NCBI GenBank assembly: GCA_003427395.1
Contig: BFEA01000033.1
Location: forward strand, 4,536,151 to 4,600,150
DNA from: Chara braunii
Lineage: Eukaryota; Plantae; Charophyceae
DNA: 64,000 nt
Direction of reading: 5' to 3'
Shown here: positions 26,141 through 40,364 of the stretch, in pieces
How the letters are laid out: each line of letters starts with the position of its first letter
How positions within the stretch are numbered: the first letter of the stretch is position 1
Notes under the pieces: model-generated
Databases searched by the model: none
What the model was told of the DNA's origin: nothing
The model's input: only the letters and a program-made list of their open reading frames with translations
Made by a program: the position numbers and the translations under genes

Positions 26141-27709
26141 CAAATCTCATTTTGCACATTTTGCACATTTCGCGAATAGTGGAGCGCAGGCCATGGCAGG
26201 CTGTGAAGGGGCAAAACCCAACAGCCCTGGCTCAGTGGATGCACACATGAACCTGTTGAAACGCAGACGTGAGTTGAAATCCAGCTGCAACCGGAACAAC
26301 GAGTTCTGATTTACAAAGGATCCAAAGGCGGCGAGCTGATAGCTTGGCTGATGCCGCCCCCCGAATTCTGCGCATCCGTTATGATCTACAACAAACCCCC
26401 CTTGGTGTCACCCAGGCCAGATAATGGCTGTGCCCGGAGCGGGCTTGGCGCTGGGCCACACTTCACCACGGCGGTCTCACTTGTTTATATAATAAGAAGA
26501 CTTTAGTTGGAACGCCGCCTGATGGCTGACTTTGGAGGGACAGGCAGGAGCAGCAAAAAAGAAAAGAAATAAGAAAAGAAATCCCCCCCTTAACAAAGAT
26601 CATGGGAGAATTCCCAAAAAAAAAAAAAGGGAGAATTCTGGCATCTTGGAATGTGTGCTTCTGAAATCCCACCCCTTCGCGATTGCAGGTTTGCCTGTTT
26701 TCGCTCTTCATCTTCGCTTTCCTTTTCCTTTTTTTTTCTTTTTTTTTTTTCTCCTTTTCTTTTTCTCTCTTCCTTTTTGGGACTGTCATCAGCAATGATA
26801 GTCATTCGCAAACTGTGCATAATAAAACAACTCGCTCGTGGAACAGACGTGATCGTTCCCCATCGTGCCCAGGCAACAACAACGCACGAGGTCTGTACTT
26901 CGTGACCGCACGGATAAATTCAAGGACTGGGCACTAATAACCACATAAAGGGAGAGTTGTAACCCGTGGAGGCGTGGACCATTGATGAGACCATAGTCAC
27001 CATACGGATCCGACCCGTTTCTTTTCCGTTTTCTTTTTTTTTCTTTTTTTTTTTTTTTCAATGTTTTCATTCCTTTTTTCTTTTTTTTTGGTAACGTTGC
27101 AGCAACTGAACCCTGCGCAGGTGAGAAATTGCTTTGCAAAAATAATAATAATAATAATAATAATAATTTGGTAAATGATGATGAACACAACTGCTTTAGC
27201 AAATTAGCCGTAGAACTGACGGCAGGAAAAGCAACCTTCAGATACATGTGATGCGTATAAGGAGAAGAGGATAGGTTAGTCCGGTTTAAAGGCCAGAGGT
27301 GGGTGCAGTGGTGGGGGCGGTGAGTAGTGTTGCAGCGGACGCTCGAGTGGAATTGCGGCTTTCGCCGTAGCCTTTCGGCGATCACGCTGAGAGCCTCAGT
27401 GGTTCCCCGCGTGGTGAGAGGCAGCAGTATGGACTTCATCGTTGAGCTCAAGAAGGTCGACCAGCACCGAGGTGCAGAGGATACTATGGTATAATCCACA
27501 CCATTGTCTAGCTCCCTCGGACAGAATTACTCAATCTTTGTCGCAGTCTGGGCACACACTGTCAGCCAGACTCCATCCGCACGCTTTGCATTCCGCACGA
27601 TCCTCTACATCTCGGGCTCCCATCTCCTCTTATCACTCTTCCTCTGTCGTTTTTGTTATTTTTCTACTAACACCTCTCCCCTCTTTCCTCTCTTCCATCC
27701 TCTTCTCGC

Positions 27710-27796
<87 letters not shown>

Positions 27797-28271
27797 CCTA
27801 TAACTCCATAACTGTGAGTACTATCTTGCACATGACAATCTGAGCTGAGTTGATTGCAGGTGCGGCACGGTCATAATCCTTTTCCTTCCTTTTGGCTTCA
27901 CGAGCTGGCTTATTTCCAGATTCTTAGCCCCCTCAAGAAGGACGAAATGGTGGAGAGATCAGAGATTGGGTAGGTCTTTGCTTACATCCTCTTGGTTTTC
28001 ATAGGGATGCTTGCCTTCTTGTCTTTTCTGGCTTTCCTATATCATCTGCAGGATTGGCCACCATCGTCTCCTCTCTTGCTGCCAAAACCTTATAAGTTTT
28101 TGATTGCAAGTGTCACCCTCTGATGAAGTCGTGAATAATGGCTAGTGGCAGAAAAGCGCTTCAGGGATCACCACTATCCTCCCTGGTAAGGCTGTGAAGG
28201 CATGAGCCGGGTATTGTGTGGAATGGCTTTGAAATACCTGGCCAGACTTTCAAATACTGTGCCATCCTAGG

Positions 28272-28560
28272 AGGCTACCAGCCAGGCCGCCCGGGTCCTG
28301 GGTGGCCATCCCGTGCAAGGACCAGGGAAGGTCCCAGCAAAAAACAAAACAAAAAAAAACAAAAAAAAACAAAAAAAAAAACGAAAAAAAAACTATGTTA
28401 TGCAGAAAAATAAACTGAACAACTTTGGCCTCAGGGTCACATCGAAATTCTACACCAAATTTATAAAAATAAAATAAAATTTAAACATTTTTATTATTTT
28501 TATTATTTTTATTTTTTTTGGCCCGGCCGGACAAGTGACCTCGGGCCACTCTGGTAGCCT
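28272..28560. mobile_element. hAT-family MITE (same family, opposite orientation)
   Basis: AGGCTACCAG...CTGGTAGCCT termini; the interior is the reverse complement of the 59.2-59.9 kb copies. Confidence 0.8.
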
Positions 28561-30066
28561 TCGTGTCATCTCTTTTCCAGGGTGGTACTCTCGGGGCTTG
28601 CAGACCGATGCCAGGATAGGTTTTTTTTTTCCAAGAATGCAGAGTGATGAGCAGACCTTGCCTCTCCCCGATTGTTGTCCTGTGTGCAATCTTCTCAATC
28701 TCTGGTTTGGATGCAATCTTCTGACATTCTTGTATTCGTCTTTTGTTTTTTTTACCATAATTGTGTCTTGTGTGAATCACAACGTATGCAATATTCATGC
28801 TCCTTCACTCTATGTAAAACACAGTCCGCATTGGAGAAGATTTCCGGACAGCCAGTGGAGTAAGGGAAGTCTCCAAAGTCGAGTTGCCTTATGAAACCTA
28901 ATACCATGTTGTGTTTCCTAAGGAATGTTTAATTGCATATGCCTACACTCCTATTTGATTGAATTTGGAACAGAGGTAAGCACATTAGCAAATATACCAA
29001 TGCACTCACAGCTACGCATAGGTATGCTGATACCATTGCCGACGGTTGGGGACCAAACCGACCGAGAACCGACCGAACCTCTTCCTCTTTCTCTTCCCTG
29101 CTGCTTCTTACTCAAGTCAAGTCACATGGTGGCTTTCTGCCCTTCTGTGAAATGCCTTGGAGGAATGATCAGCAATTCCTCAATGATATCTGTTGTCATC
29201 TGCGTCAGACTTCAAATAGGTTCCCCATCAAACCATATTTCTCATTAATTTACGCACATAGCTTCGGCCAAAGCATGTTGGCAGACATGTGCTCTATTTC
29301 AAAAGAATGTATCAGAAGAACATGCATCAGAAGAACATGTATCACAGGCATGTATCAGAAAGAACATGTATCACAGGCATGTATCAGAGGATGTATTCGC
29401 CAATATGGATACCCCTATCTCCTATTCCTTAGCAAGGAGTCTAATCCTCGGGATTTGGCAATTGGAAAAGCATTCCGCTTTCCTGCTCTCCCTTCCATTT
29501 CTGCTTTCCCTTGTTGAGCGCGCACATTGGACACCGGCATACACAGCCACGAATACGTGTGTGCGTATCTTGCACATATATGCGTCCTTGCGCCAGCTGC
29601 TGAACTTCGGGAGATTGTGATGTTGCCATACCGCGACAAGCCACTACGAAACTTCCCCGATATCTTGATTACTGACAGTGCCACGTCTAGCGCAATAAAG
29701 AACATATATGATTGCTAGAAACGACAAAAAAAGGACAAAAGCAACGATGGTATATTTTGAGTTGACCTCCAGGATTATGCATTATTGTATGTCCAAAGCT
29801 GCCTACGATTATTGTGAATCCTTGCGCATAATGGTATTGCATGCTTCCTCCGGGCTACAAATGTACTCTAAGACCAAGGCCCCCTGGCTTGTTACGCCGC
29901 TTGCAACGGAACTGGCTATGCTAACAGGTCCTGTGGTCTTTCAAATGGGAAGGAGGCCTGCTGAAATCCCTTGCTACGTGCACTTATAGAAGATTGTGCT
30001 GATGACTTGCTTCGGATATCGATGATGTGAGATACGTATCATTTCACGTCGTTTTGTTACGTAAGT

Positions 30067-30134
<68 letters not shown>

Positions 30135-30172
30135 GAGGGTGCAGTGGAGCTAATGCAGAGTGTACTTGTATC

Positions 30173-30222
<50 letters not shown>

Positions 30223-31419
30223 TACAGACATACACACACATACAAACGCTTTGTCGACCATGTCCTTCACAGGCAATTGCAAAAAATAAGCAACCTTGCC
30301 CAAAAAGTTCTCCCCCGCACTCCAAAACCTCGACCGAGTGCACGGTGTTTCACACTATGCACACACACATAATAATTTACATGAAAAGGCCTCCCAATTT
30401 ACCGTCTTGCTGAAATGCAATCAGAAACCGTTCAAGATACCCAAAAGACACCAGTCCTTCAAAATATTCCCACCCACTAGCAAAACTGTCTGCTCGCCAC
30501 ACAATTATCCACATTCCAAAAGGGTTCCAACTCTCGTGATGCACAATTCACCAAGCAGATCCCGTCCGTTCACCCGTCCACTCTACTGAAAGGCGCAAAG
30601 TGTGCAGGAAAAGGACGTTTGGGAAGAGAGGGCATGCCATTGGAGGGTTTATCAGAAGAAATGATAAACGCTGGGTGTACTGTTGTCCCCAAGGATATAT
30701 ATTTTGATTTTCTGGCTGACATTGTCCACAACATCTGGGATGGGCGAAAAAAAAGGAAAAAAAAAGAAAGGCTAACAAATCATTTACCTGGCGATTAGGC
30801 CGGGATGGGCGAAAAAAAAGGAAAAAAAAAGAAAGGCTAACAAATCATTTACCTGGCGATTAGGCCTATCCGGCCACCGAACATTAAATCATCTGGACTG
30901 CACCAAACATCCTTATCTGATCCAGACCTGACCACAACCAGGGAATGCCCTTAAAAAAATAAATATGTACATTTCCTTATTTCTTTTCGTTTCTACTTTT
31001 TTTTAATTCAAATTGGTTGCGGGCTTGAGAAAGACGCTCAGCCAAAAATCAGTTGTCTTGTCACCGCACATAACACTTGTTCATTCCACATTTTTTTGAA
31101 GAGTTTTGAGAAACCAAAACTTTCCCCGCTAGGAGAGGTGATAGAGGCACCCCCCCCCCCCCCCCCTAACGACCATCCTGGTGAACTTCAAAAAATAATA
31201 GAATAAAAACATTTCCAATCTAATCCGGACAGGTCCAGACATCCCGATGCAGCTACCCAGCTCACAAACCGTCTCCATCCCCGTGGCTGCCAGCCGTGTG
31301 GCGGAACATGCCGAAACGAAAACACAGCAAAAACAACTTATGAAAAGACGAAAGAAACATTCTCCCAAAACTTTTGCCCGCAACCTACTTCCTTATTCCA
31401 CCAAACTTGAGATCACAAG

Positions 31420-31479
31420 TTAGTGGCCTTCAAACTCGACGACGGTGAACAATGGCTTCCCATTGAGCTTCGCACGGCC
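31420..31479 (-). CDS. APT: APRT terminal exon (GRAKLNGKPLFTVVEFEGH*)
   Basis: Polypyrimidine tract plus ctgcag acceptor, phase 0, ends in TAA. Matches the APRT C-terminus (GR.KL..KPLF.LV). Confidence 0.9.
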   Translation of the reverse strand, partial: GRAKLNGKPLFTVVEFEGH

Positions 31480-31748
31480 CTGCAGTACAAACAGAAAAGA
31501 TGCAAAGGCAGGGATCCAAAATCATTTTGTCGTTCCTCTTCTTCTTCTTCTTCTTCTTCTTCTTCTTCTTCTTCTTCTTCTTCTTCTTTCTGTTGTTGTT
31601 GTTGTTGTTGTTTTATTCTTGTTCTTATCCTTTCGGATATGCAATACAGTCGGAACCAAACACAGATGATTAGCATAAACCCTACGCGACAATGGCACGG
31701 ATAAATCAAGAAATGGTACAAAACATTGGCCCCAAAAAAAATCAGCGA

Positions 31749-31992
31749 CTGGACTACCAGAATAGCCCAGGACCACTTGCCCGCCCGGGCCAAAACGAAA
31801 TAAAACAATAAGTACTTTTTTAGAGTCTTTTAAACTCTTTTTTTATTTTTTATTTTTGGAAAATAATTTTGATATAACCATGAGGCAAAAGTTGTTTGGT
31901 TCTTTTTCTGCATACAATAGTTTTGTTTTCTATTGGATTTTTGCACTGCCCAGGAAAAGAGGATGTCCTGCGCGAACCGGCTGGTAGCCCAG
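31749..31992. mobile_element. Degenerate hAT-family MITE copy
   Basis: CTGGACTACCAG...CTGGTAGCCCAG with shared internal GAGGCAAAAGTTG..TTTTTCTGCATA. Confidence 0.65.
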
Positions 31993-33571
31993 ATCGCGGC
32001 AACCATTCGCGCAAAAAAAAAATCATATAACATGAATCATAACGAAAGATTTCTCATACGCTCAAAAATGTCTTCTGTGTCAAGTTTCAACTCTTCAAAC
32101 TTCTGCAGGTTCCTCCTAACTTGCCGTACGTACATTCGAGCTTACCTCTCCACCCGACGGCAATTCTTGAACTTCTCATAAACTTCTGCAGGGTCTTATC
32201 TTCCTAGCCTGCCGTATGTTTCCCCCATCTACCTAACCCCGGCAACTTTTCTTGGCTACCCCTGTCCTCGCCGACCAGCCTTCCCAACCACATCAACCAA
32301 TCGCATTTACTAGTCTAAAATTAGAAACAAAGAAAATTCTGAGAGCACACTCCAATCTCTTGTTAAAAACTCCCATAACCTCAAAAAAAAAAAAAAAAAA
32401 AAAAAAAAAGGAAGCATCCCATAACCTGTGTGACCGGGTCAAGAATTCCACCTAATTACACGAAGGGCACCCACTCATGGGGGGTCAGAAAAAGGGAGAC
32501 AGGGAAGCGGTGGGAGAGCGGGAGGGGTGTGAGGTGGTGAAATAGAAGTGTCTCTTAGTGAGTGGAGGCTATTTTTACCAAGCATTGACTAGAAAGAGGT
32601 ACAGATAGAGGGGAAGGGAGACGCAGGGTAGGCAGCGGGAAGATACATGCACATCATACCACTGAGACACGACTGCACGGGTGTCGGACAAAGCGGGGTG
32701 GGAGTGGGGGGCTTGTTCTGTCGCCAGGGAAGCAGCTTTGCAGTACCCTCAATGCAGAACCATGAATCAATGGTATTCATCGCATTGCAGACTTCTGCTC
32801 CTGAAAAACCATAATTTGAGAAAACTACGACGCAGTCAGGGTTTGAGCTTGAAAATGCACTTCCAGGCAAAAGGCCTGAAAATCATAAAATGTCAAATGT
32901 ATACAAGCTAGGTTTCAGGTCTAGTACGGTCACGTGCGGGTTTGTTATGTTCAAGGGCATGCCTAAGGCCCTAAAGTGCATTTTCAAACTGTTCTCGTGA
33001 CTGGGCCATAGTTACCCCTTGTCATATTTTTTGAATTTTTTTGAATTTTTTTCCCCATCATTACAAAGATCTGCAGAGTAAAATGCAGTAGTGGTCTTTC
33101 AGATGTTTCAGTACACCATATTTAATATTATTTATCTTTATTGTTTATTCCCCCATCGCGACAACCTTCTGCTGCAGAAGTTCTGCAGAGTAACAGGCGA
33201 ATTGAGCGGCAATGCAAAATCTACTCGACCAAGCAGGGCACATCACGCTCCCAGTCGAAGCTTTTTGTTCTTCGCACTATTCACGTACTACTTTCACTTC
33301 GGCGTCGAGAGGCAAGTTTTCGACGAAAAAGTTTGTAGCAAATTTCGCTTTTCAAAACTGTGGAAACAGCAGTCACCATGTCTTGAAGCTTCAACAGCCT
33401 TTACGGTCAGGGCTCGAGTCTCTTGGTTCCCAGGACGTGTCATGTTTTATCCCCCCATATTATACGGGTGCCAATGTTATGATCACTTTGTGAACCCTTT
33501 CAGGTCACATCGAGACTTTTTTTTTTTTTCAGAAATAGTTGGTTTTACAACTTTACTCATCAAGTTTCATC

Positions 33572-33642
33572 ATCTGGATTCGAACACAGGTCTGTATTTC
33601 AACAGTTCAGGGGTGTACCCACTGAGCTAGGCTCTTGGGTAG
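33572..33642 (-). mobile_element. tRNA-derived SINE head (further copies at 57607-57666 minus and 26225-26287 plus)
   Basis: Minus strand GCCTAGCTCAGTGGGTACACCCCTGAACTGTTGAAATACAGACCTGTGTTCGAATCC; no complete cloverleaf. Confidence 0.68.
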
Positions 33643-33741
33643 ACATCGAGACATTTTTATGTTCATCTATTAGTCAAGTGAATGGCACGACCCTCCACCT
33701 CATGAAACCTGGAGAGAGAGAGGGAGAGAGAGATTGGACCT

Positions 33742-33817
<76 letters not shown>

Positions 33818-33818
33818 N

Positions 33819-33852
<34 letters not shown>

Positions 33853-33922
33853 ATACCTTCAATTCAGGAAGAGAGAGAAAGAGATTGTACCTGGAGAGAG
33901 AGAGGGAGAGAGAGATTGTACC

Positions 33923-33962
<40 letters not shown>

Positions 33963-34025
33963 AAGAGAAAGAGAGAGGGAGAGAGAGAGAGAGAGGGGGG
34001 GGGGGGAGAGAGAGAGAGATCATAC

Positions 34026-34084
34026 CTTCAATTCAGGAAGCTCGATGACGCACACGCATTCGACCACCTCACCACCTACCCTTT
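34026..34084 (-). CDS. APT: APRT exon (ERVGGEVVECVCVIELPELK)
   Basis: Acceptor tgcag, donor gtatg, 59 bp, phase 1-0. Matches plant APT ERVG..VVECACVIELPELK. Confidence 0.93.
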
Positions 34085-34995
34085 CTGCAAGACCACAGAG
34101 AAAGGAAAACAAAAGTTAAAACTTAAAAGACACTAAATAAATAAACTAGGTGACTGTAGCGTCGGTAGGTCCACAACTCCACATACATAATGACCAATTG
34201 ACAGTTATGTTAACAAAACCACAATGGGGACACTGAAAATCCGGTTGGCCCTGATGGAAACAATCTAGAAACGGCGTGCAATGCTATGCATCCAGATGGC
34301 GACAGTTCGGATAGCATCCGGATGTCCAGGGGCAAGGTCCCACTAACCACTCAATGAGCTCAGACCGCAGCCTGAGTGCCAAGGTGTGACATGGGGATTA
34401 ACGAGCAAAAACATTGTAGAAAATGCCACGGGACTCCGTTTTGATTTCCGTTATTAACTTATATTAACTTATTATGATAAAAACAGGCTGGCCACATCTT
34501 TCTGGTTCAATACATTCCTGATGAGGGTGCATTGTGTTCAGTGAGCGACGGTGGTTCGACCTCCCCCCAAGTCTGATCAGAAGAACCAAGGGGTGTCAAA
34601 AACATACATTTTTGACAGTGAAGTCTTCGTATGGCAAAGGGGTACCCCAAGTGTGCGGGCAGTAGGGGAAAAAACTGTACAGAACATCTGCCAGGCATGC
34701 AAAAGCTTTCAGGTCAGGTAGGGACCTGGCAGCAGGATCCCGGAAAATAATTTCACAACATCAACACGCCAAATGTTGAGGTTCCTCCCTTACCCCACCA
34801 GTGCCCCCGGCCCTGAACACGCCACGCTTTTCCGAAACGCCAGCGGCACACTTCTTTTCTGTTTTGGCTGGCGCCAGCCAAAACACGTTTTTGCAGCCAT
34901 TGTGCTAGAGTAACCCCAAGCTGCAAAAACGTTTTCGGGGTAAACAACTCGTGATTTTCTACAAGGCTGGGGCCGTGTACTGGTGGTTACCATCC

Positions 34996-35059
<64 letters not shown>

Positions 35060-35914
35060 NNNNNNNNNNNNNNNNNNNNNNNNNNNNNNNNNNNNNNNNN
35101 NNNNNNNNNNNNNNNNNNNNNNNNNNNNNNNNNNNNNNNNNNNNNNNNNNNNNNNNNNNNNNNNNNNNNNNNNNNNNNNNNNNNNNNNNNNNNNNNNNNN
35201 NNNNNNNNNNNNNNNNNNNNNNNNNNNNNNNNNNNNNNNNNNNNNNNNNNNNNNNNNNNNNNNNNNNNNNNNNNNNNNNNNNNNNNNNNNNNNNNNNNNN
35301 NNNNNNNNNNNNNNNNNNNNNNNNNNNNNNNNNNNNNNNNNNNNNNNNNNNNNNNNNNNNNNNNNNNNNNNNNNNNNNNNNNNNNNNNNNNNNNNNNNNN
35401 NNNNNNNNNNNNNNNNNNNNNNNNNNNNNNNNNNNNNNNNNNNNNNNNNNNNNNNNNNNNNNNNNNNNNNNNNNNNNNNNNNNNNNNNNNNNNNNNNNNN
35501 NNNNNNNNNNNNNNNNNNNNNNNNNNNNNNNNNNNNNNNNNNNNNNNNNNNNNNNNNNNNNNNNNNNNNNNNNNNNNNNNNNNNNNNNNNNNNNNNNNNN
35601 NNNNNNNNNNNNNNNNNNNNNNNNNNNNNNNNNNNNNNNNNNNNNNNNNNNNNNNNNNNNNNNNNNNNNNNNNNNNNNNNNNNNNNNNNNNNNNNNNNNN
35701 NNNNNNNNNNNNNNNNNNNNNNNNNNNNNNNNNNNNNNNNNNNNNNNNNNNNNNNNNNNNNNNNNNNNNNNNNNNNNNNNNNNNNNNNNNNNNNNNNNNN
35801 NNNNNNNNNNNNNNNNNNNNNNNNNNNNNNNNNNNNNNNNNNNNNNNNNNNNNNNNNNNNNNNNNNNNNNNNNNNNNNNNNNNNNNNNNNNNNNNNNNNN
35901 NNNNNNNNNNNNNN

Positions 35915-36003
<89 letters not shown>

Positions 36004-36049
36004 GTGTGTGCGTGTGTATTTGATTGAACCATTGACTCCTTGCTTTTAT

Positions 36050-36975
36050 TGCGAGGCACAAGGCCTCGCCGTGCCCTAATGAAGCCCGTTTTCAACAATG
36101 CCGGCCTCCCTAAGTGAAGACAGGCCCGACCAAGGACAAGAAGCCTATATTCGGCTACCACGCAACTGGGGGAAATTCAGGCAGTTGCGCAGTGCCAGTT
36201 GGTTGAGAGCGCCCAGGCCCTGGCTGCCTTTTTCAAATGTAACTGAGGCAGGCCCTCGGCCAGATACGCAACATGGGCCGAACACCGGCTGCGGGCAGTT
36301 GAACACGGGTAACCGCTCTAGGCCCTGGGCCTGATTCCCTGGGCCGGGGCTCAGCCACTTGGGGCCTACCGGAGCTTCTGGGGAGGGCCCAGCGCAGCCA
36401 GGCCACACGCAGCGGGCAGGCCACTTCCATATAGGAAAGTGTCTGCCCCCGCATTTGGCATTCGGGCACTTGCTACATGCTGCGCAAGCACTGCTGCACT
36501 ACAAGCAGGCAATCACCCACAGTCACGGGCGAGCCAGGGATGCGCAGGCAGCCATAGCCGAGCTGACCTGCGAGGGCGCATGGTGGTCCTTGGGTGCACG
36601 TGGCATCTGTGTGGGGGACCGAGGTTGTGAGAGATGCGAGAGACATACCTGGTGCTTGAGGCGAACGGCATTGGCCAAGATCTGCTCGTACTTCGGGGAG
36701 CTCTTGACGTCACCAGCGGAATTGCAGATAGGCTAGATAGGATCTGTCATTTGTAGTCTGGGCGCAGAGCACCAGATAGGAAATCGACATTGGTTCTTTG
36801 TTGATGATGATGAGACCATACCAACATTGTCACTTGTGAGCTTTTTCTGTGCTCTTTTTTGGTGGAACTCGAGTTGCAATCCTGCTTTTGGTTTGAGGTC
36901 ACGACTATCTGGTTTCATTTCATGTGTATGATGCTGCTTTGTTTCTGGAATTCGCTATCCCTCATTTTCCTTGCA
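36050..36975 (+). repeat. 5' LTR
   Basis: Direct repeat of 43261-44156; starts TG, ends CA; followed by the PBS. Confidence 0.93.
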
Positions 36976-36978
36976 TTT

Positions 36979-36990
36979 TGGTATCGGAGC
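36979..36990 (+). promoter_or_regulatory. Primer-binding site (tRNA-iMet type)
   Basis: TGGTATCGGAGC, one mismatch from TGGTATCAGAGC, 3 nt after the LTR end. Confidence 0.85.
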
Positions 36991-38166
36991 TGTGGTACGT
37001 TGCGCTAATCTGGCGCTTGTCTTCTGCCTATGCGGTACATGCATGCGGTCTGCTGGGTGAGCGGCCGAAGGGAGTGTGTAGCAAGGAGGTCAAAGGCAAG
37101 CAGGCGACCCAGGTGGAGAGGGGTATCGGCAGGAAGGCTAAGAAGTGGTATATGGGTGTTTCACAGTATGATGAGAACTATCCAATGTGCGGTTGATGCT
37201 GAGGTGGAACGGCGGTGTAATGCTGGTTGTGCCGAAGCAGCGATTGGTCATCACAATCGACATCGGGTCATCTGGTGAGAATATCTGTGGTTGGGGGCAG
37301 CTATTTTGAGGTACGTTGCTCTTAACCTTATCTACCCTCTTCGACACTTCTTACCGTGAGGATGTGTGTTCTGTCTTGAGAGTCCTCTCACGTGAGGAGT
37401 CGAGTGCGCTCAACCTTGAGAGTCAGCATTGTTCACGTGGAGCATCTGGAAGGAGAGGGCGGAGTATCTGAACGGCCCTGGACGAAGCACTGGGTCACAG
37501 TCATCATGCCAACCCACCGGGAGTAGAGCACTCAGGCTTTGCTGCTTTGTCCTTTGTCTGCCTGCTGCCATGTTAGATGGGTTATTAGGGGCAGGCCAGC
37601 CCTACAGGGGAGACGAGTACCGGTCTATAAATAAGTACCGGAGGGGTTACCTTCCATTGGCTGTGATCATCGTCCTGTCTGCGACGTTAAAAAATTCCTG
37701 AGGACTTTGGGGGCCATCCTTAAACACCTCTTGATCAGCGAATTCGTTGGTGCAAGGCTCGCTGCACGCGAGGGTAAACATTGTGCAGAGCTGGCCAGCT
37801 CAGCATAGACTTGGGCCACAGGGGTGGGCCGTGTGCACACCTTTAGACATGCACGCTATCTGGGTTGCTCAGGAACGCTGACATCAAGCAACAATCAGGA
37901 AGAACTGAGGGAGGGGTAGATTTCAGGTGATAAGTTCGAAAAAAAAAATCCATTCTGCCAACAGCCCAATCTGCTTTCTGTTTGCAGACTAATCAAGTAA
38001 AAATAGTTTCGTTTGTAGGAATCTGGACTTACCTGTTGGACCCAAATGTGTATACTCTGACATAGCCACCGACTAATTATTTTATTTATTTTAAATCGGT
38101 CTGTGCACTACGCTGCGGTAGGCATCGAGTGTGACCTAGTGCAGATTGTGTACAATGCTGTAGCTT

Positions 38167-39990
38167 ATGAGCGATAGGGAGGTTCCTGACCCGGACGATA
38201 GGATCTTGCGATCGGCAAGACGCCCGTTGGCCCACATGGCATTACGACCCGACGGTGATAGGTTCTTGTTCCGCCAGCTTAGGGAGAGAAAGCAGCAGCA
38301 GCGGAGAGCTAAGGCCGCAGAGGCAAGCAGGGTGTTCGCAAGCGAAGCCGCTACTTCAGCAGCCATGGCCACAGCTGCGCAGCAAAGCTCCCAGGCCAGT
38401 AGTTCAGGGACTGTAGGGACGACGATTGCACAGACCCTGAGTCATTCCGCTGGTGTCATGGCAAGCCAGCAGTTAGTGCTCACACCCGAGGAGGTCGCCA
38501 TACAGAGAGCAAGTGCTCAAGAGGCACAGCTACAGAAGGCTTTAGATGAGATACAGGCAGAGAAAGAGAGAATGATCAGAAGAAGATCTAGGATGCAGCG
38601 GAGGCAAGCGGACATTAGGGAGTTAGAGGAGATGGACCTGACTGATGTGGATGATGATGTGAGGACCGTGAGGACAGCCTGTTAGATGTAGTAGAGATGT
38701 AGGATTACCACACACCGCTCTTGCAGGACATTCAGCAGAGCCTGGCCGTGCTGGCCGGGCGAGTTCAGGTAGCACCATCACCATCAGGGCCCGGTGCCTG
38801 GCCTGTGGTACAGCCTCCTCCTTTTGTCCCACCGGTGACTGGAGTATCCCCATTTGTAGTCCCTCCAGCATCGGTACAGGCCGCTTCCCTATTAGGCATG
38901 CCTTTAACAGGCGGGTTCTCAGCAGGTTCTAGTGTACAGGTTCCGGTCCAAACAGTGTTCTCCCAACCTCCGTTGCAGGCTGCCGTAACCGGGCAGCCTG
39001 CTATCTCGCAGCCAGCACAGCCACAGGGCACACAGCCCCAACAGCAGCTAGTGCAGCAGCCTGCACCCCAGGGTCCACAGCCTGGAGTGGTACAGGTACC
39101 GTGACAAGGCCAGTAGGTTCCGAAGACTGCCATCACCTCGCCTAAACCCTTCTCAGGGGATAAGAGGGGCGAAGACCTTGACACATGGTTGAGGTCAGTG
39201 TCAATCGACTCAAAGTGCAAGTTAGCCTTGCCACACGAGGAAGTGTTTGTGGCTGCCTCCTACCTGGAGGGGAGTGCAGCAAGGTGGTTAAGTGGGTTAG
39301 TACAACTGCAGGGGTACAGTCATGACTTCCGCGCTTCGGCAGTCAACCAGAAACTGGATGACTTCCTCAAGCTGGACGAAAGGTGGCATGATCCTCAAGA
39401 GGCCCAAAAGGCCACTGATGCGATCCTAACTTTGAGTTCTAGAACGTTCAAGTCAGTAAGGGGTGCCACAGACGCAGTGGAGTGTCTGATTTGTGTGCCT
39501 ATAGTGCGCTATGACCCCCAGGTCTTGCTTACCACTTACCTGAGATGTCTTCCCATGCCACTCAAGAATCAGTTGGCAGGTGAGGCCCAGACACCATACA
39601 CAACTTCCCCTCGTTTAGCAAGAAGGCCCTAGACCTAGAGGCAAAGATAGGTCATGGGCACCAACCCACGACGGATGGTAGGAAGAAGGCACTGCCTCCC
39701 AACAAGAAGGCGAAGGGTCGCATTATGTTCGTCGATAACGATGCCTCTACCATCGAATTAGATGACGACTTCCAGGAGGGAGTAGGGTCAGAGGCGGGCA
39801 GCGTAGACGCTTCAGGGGTTGAAGCAGTCGCTGCCTCAGTCCAAAAAGGTAAGGCGACCGGTAGACGTCGCAGAGGCTCCCGGTCTAGGAGTCAAGTAGA
39901 CCCCAATGCTCCACCATGGGAGAAAGTGGGTCTCACAGAGGACGTGTGGAGAGACTGTTACACCCGGCAGGCCATAATCAATTCAAGTGC
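38167..39990 (+). pseudogene. gag remnants (stops and frameshifts)
   Basis: Coiled-coil and Q/P-rich segments, followed by PKPFSGD...LDTWL and AASYLEGSAARW (retrotransposon gag motifs). Confidence 0.8.
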
Positions 39991-40364
39991 TGAAATAAGG
40001 AGGTGACGGAAAAGATCCAGCCTACAATGGGGCAAGCGACGAGATCCTCCGCTTCCCAGGGTAGCAATGTTACCAGCAGTTCTGGCACTGCTTCGGAAAA
40101 CACGTCATGCTAGTGGGAATGGTAGCTGTTCCTGCTAGGGTCGACGTGGTGGACACACCCTCACCATCTCGAGAGATGGCCCAAGCTACTAACTCCGTTG
40201 TCGTCCCGCAAACACATTCAGACCAATCGACCCTCTGTTCGATGAATGTGTTTGAATCCATAGAGGAGCTAGAGGAGTGGTCTTAGATCGGACCCGCTAG
40301 CTTCTTGGACGGCCATGGCCAAAGCCCCTAAGGATGAGTTTATGTCTCTACATAGGGTGAGCCG

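Noticed and set aside
27439-27495. Short frame MDFIVELKKVDQHRGAEDTM and nearby AG sites
   Set aside because: No coherent gene model or homology can be supported.
30044-30343. 'VEVLEC' peptide resembling an APRT exon
   Set aside because: It lies 3' of the true stop codon and is coincidental; the real exon is 34026-34084.
34517-34560. Other CTGATGA occurrences (also ~28120, ~47545 minus, ~60777)
   Set aside because: No correctly placed GAAA box or helices, so not hammerheads.
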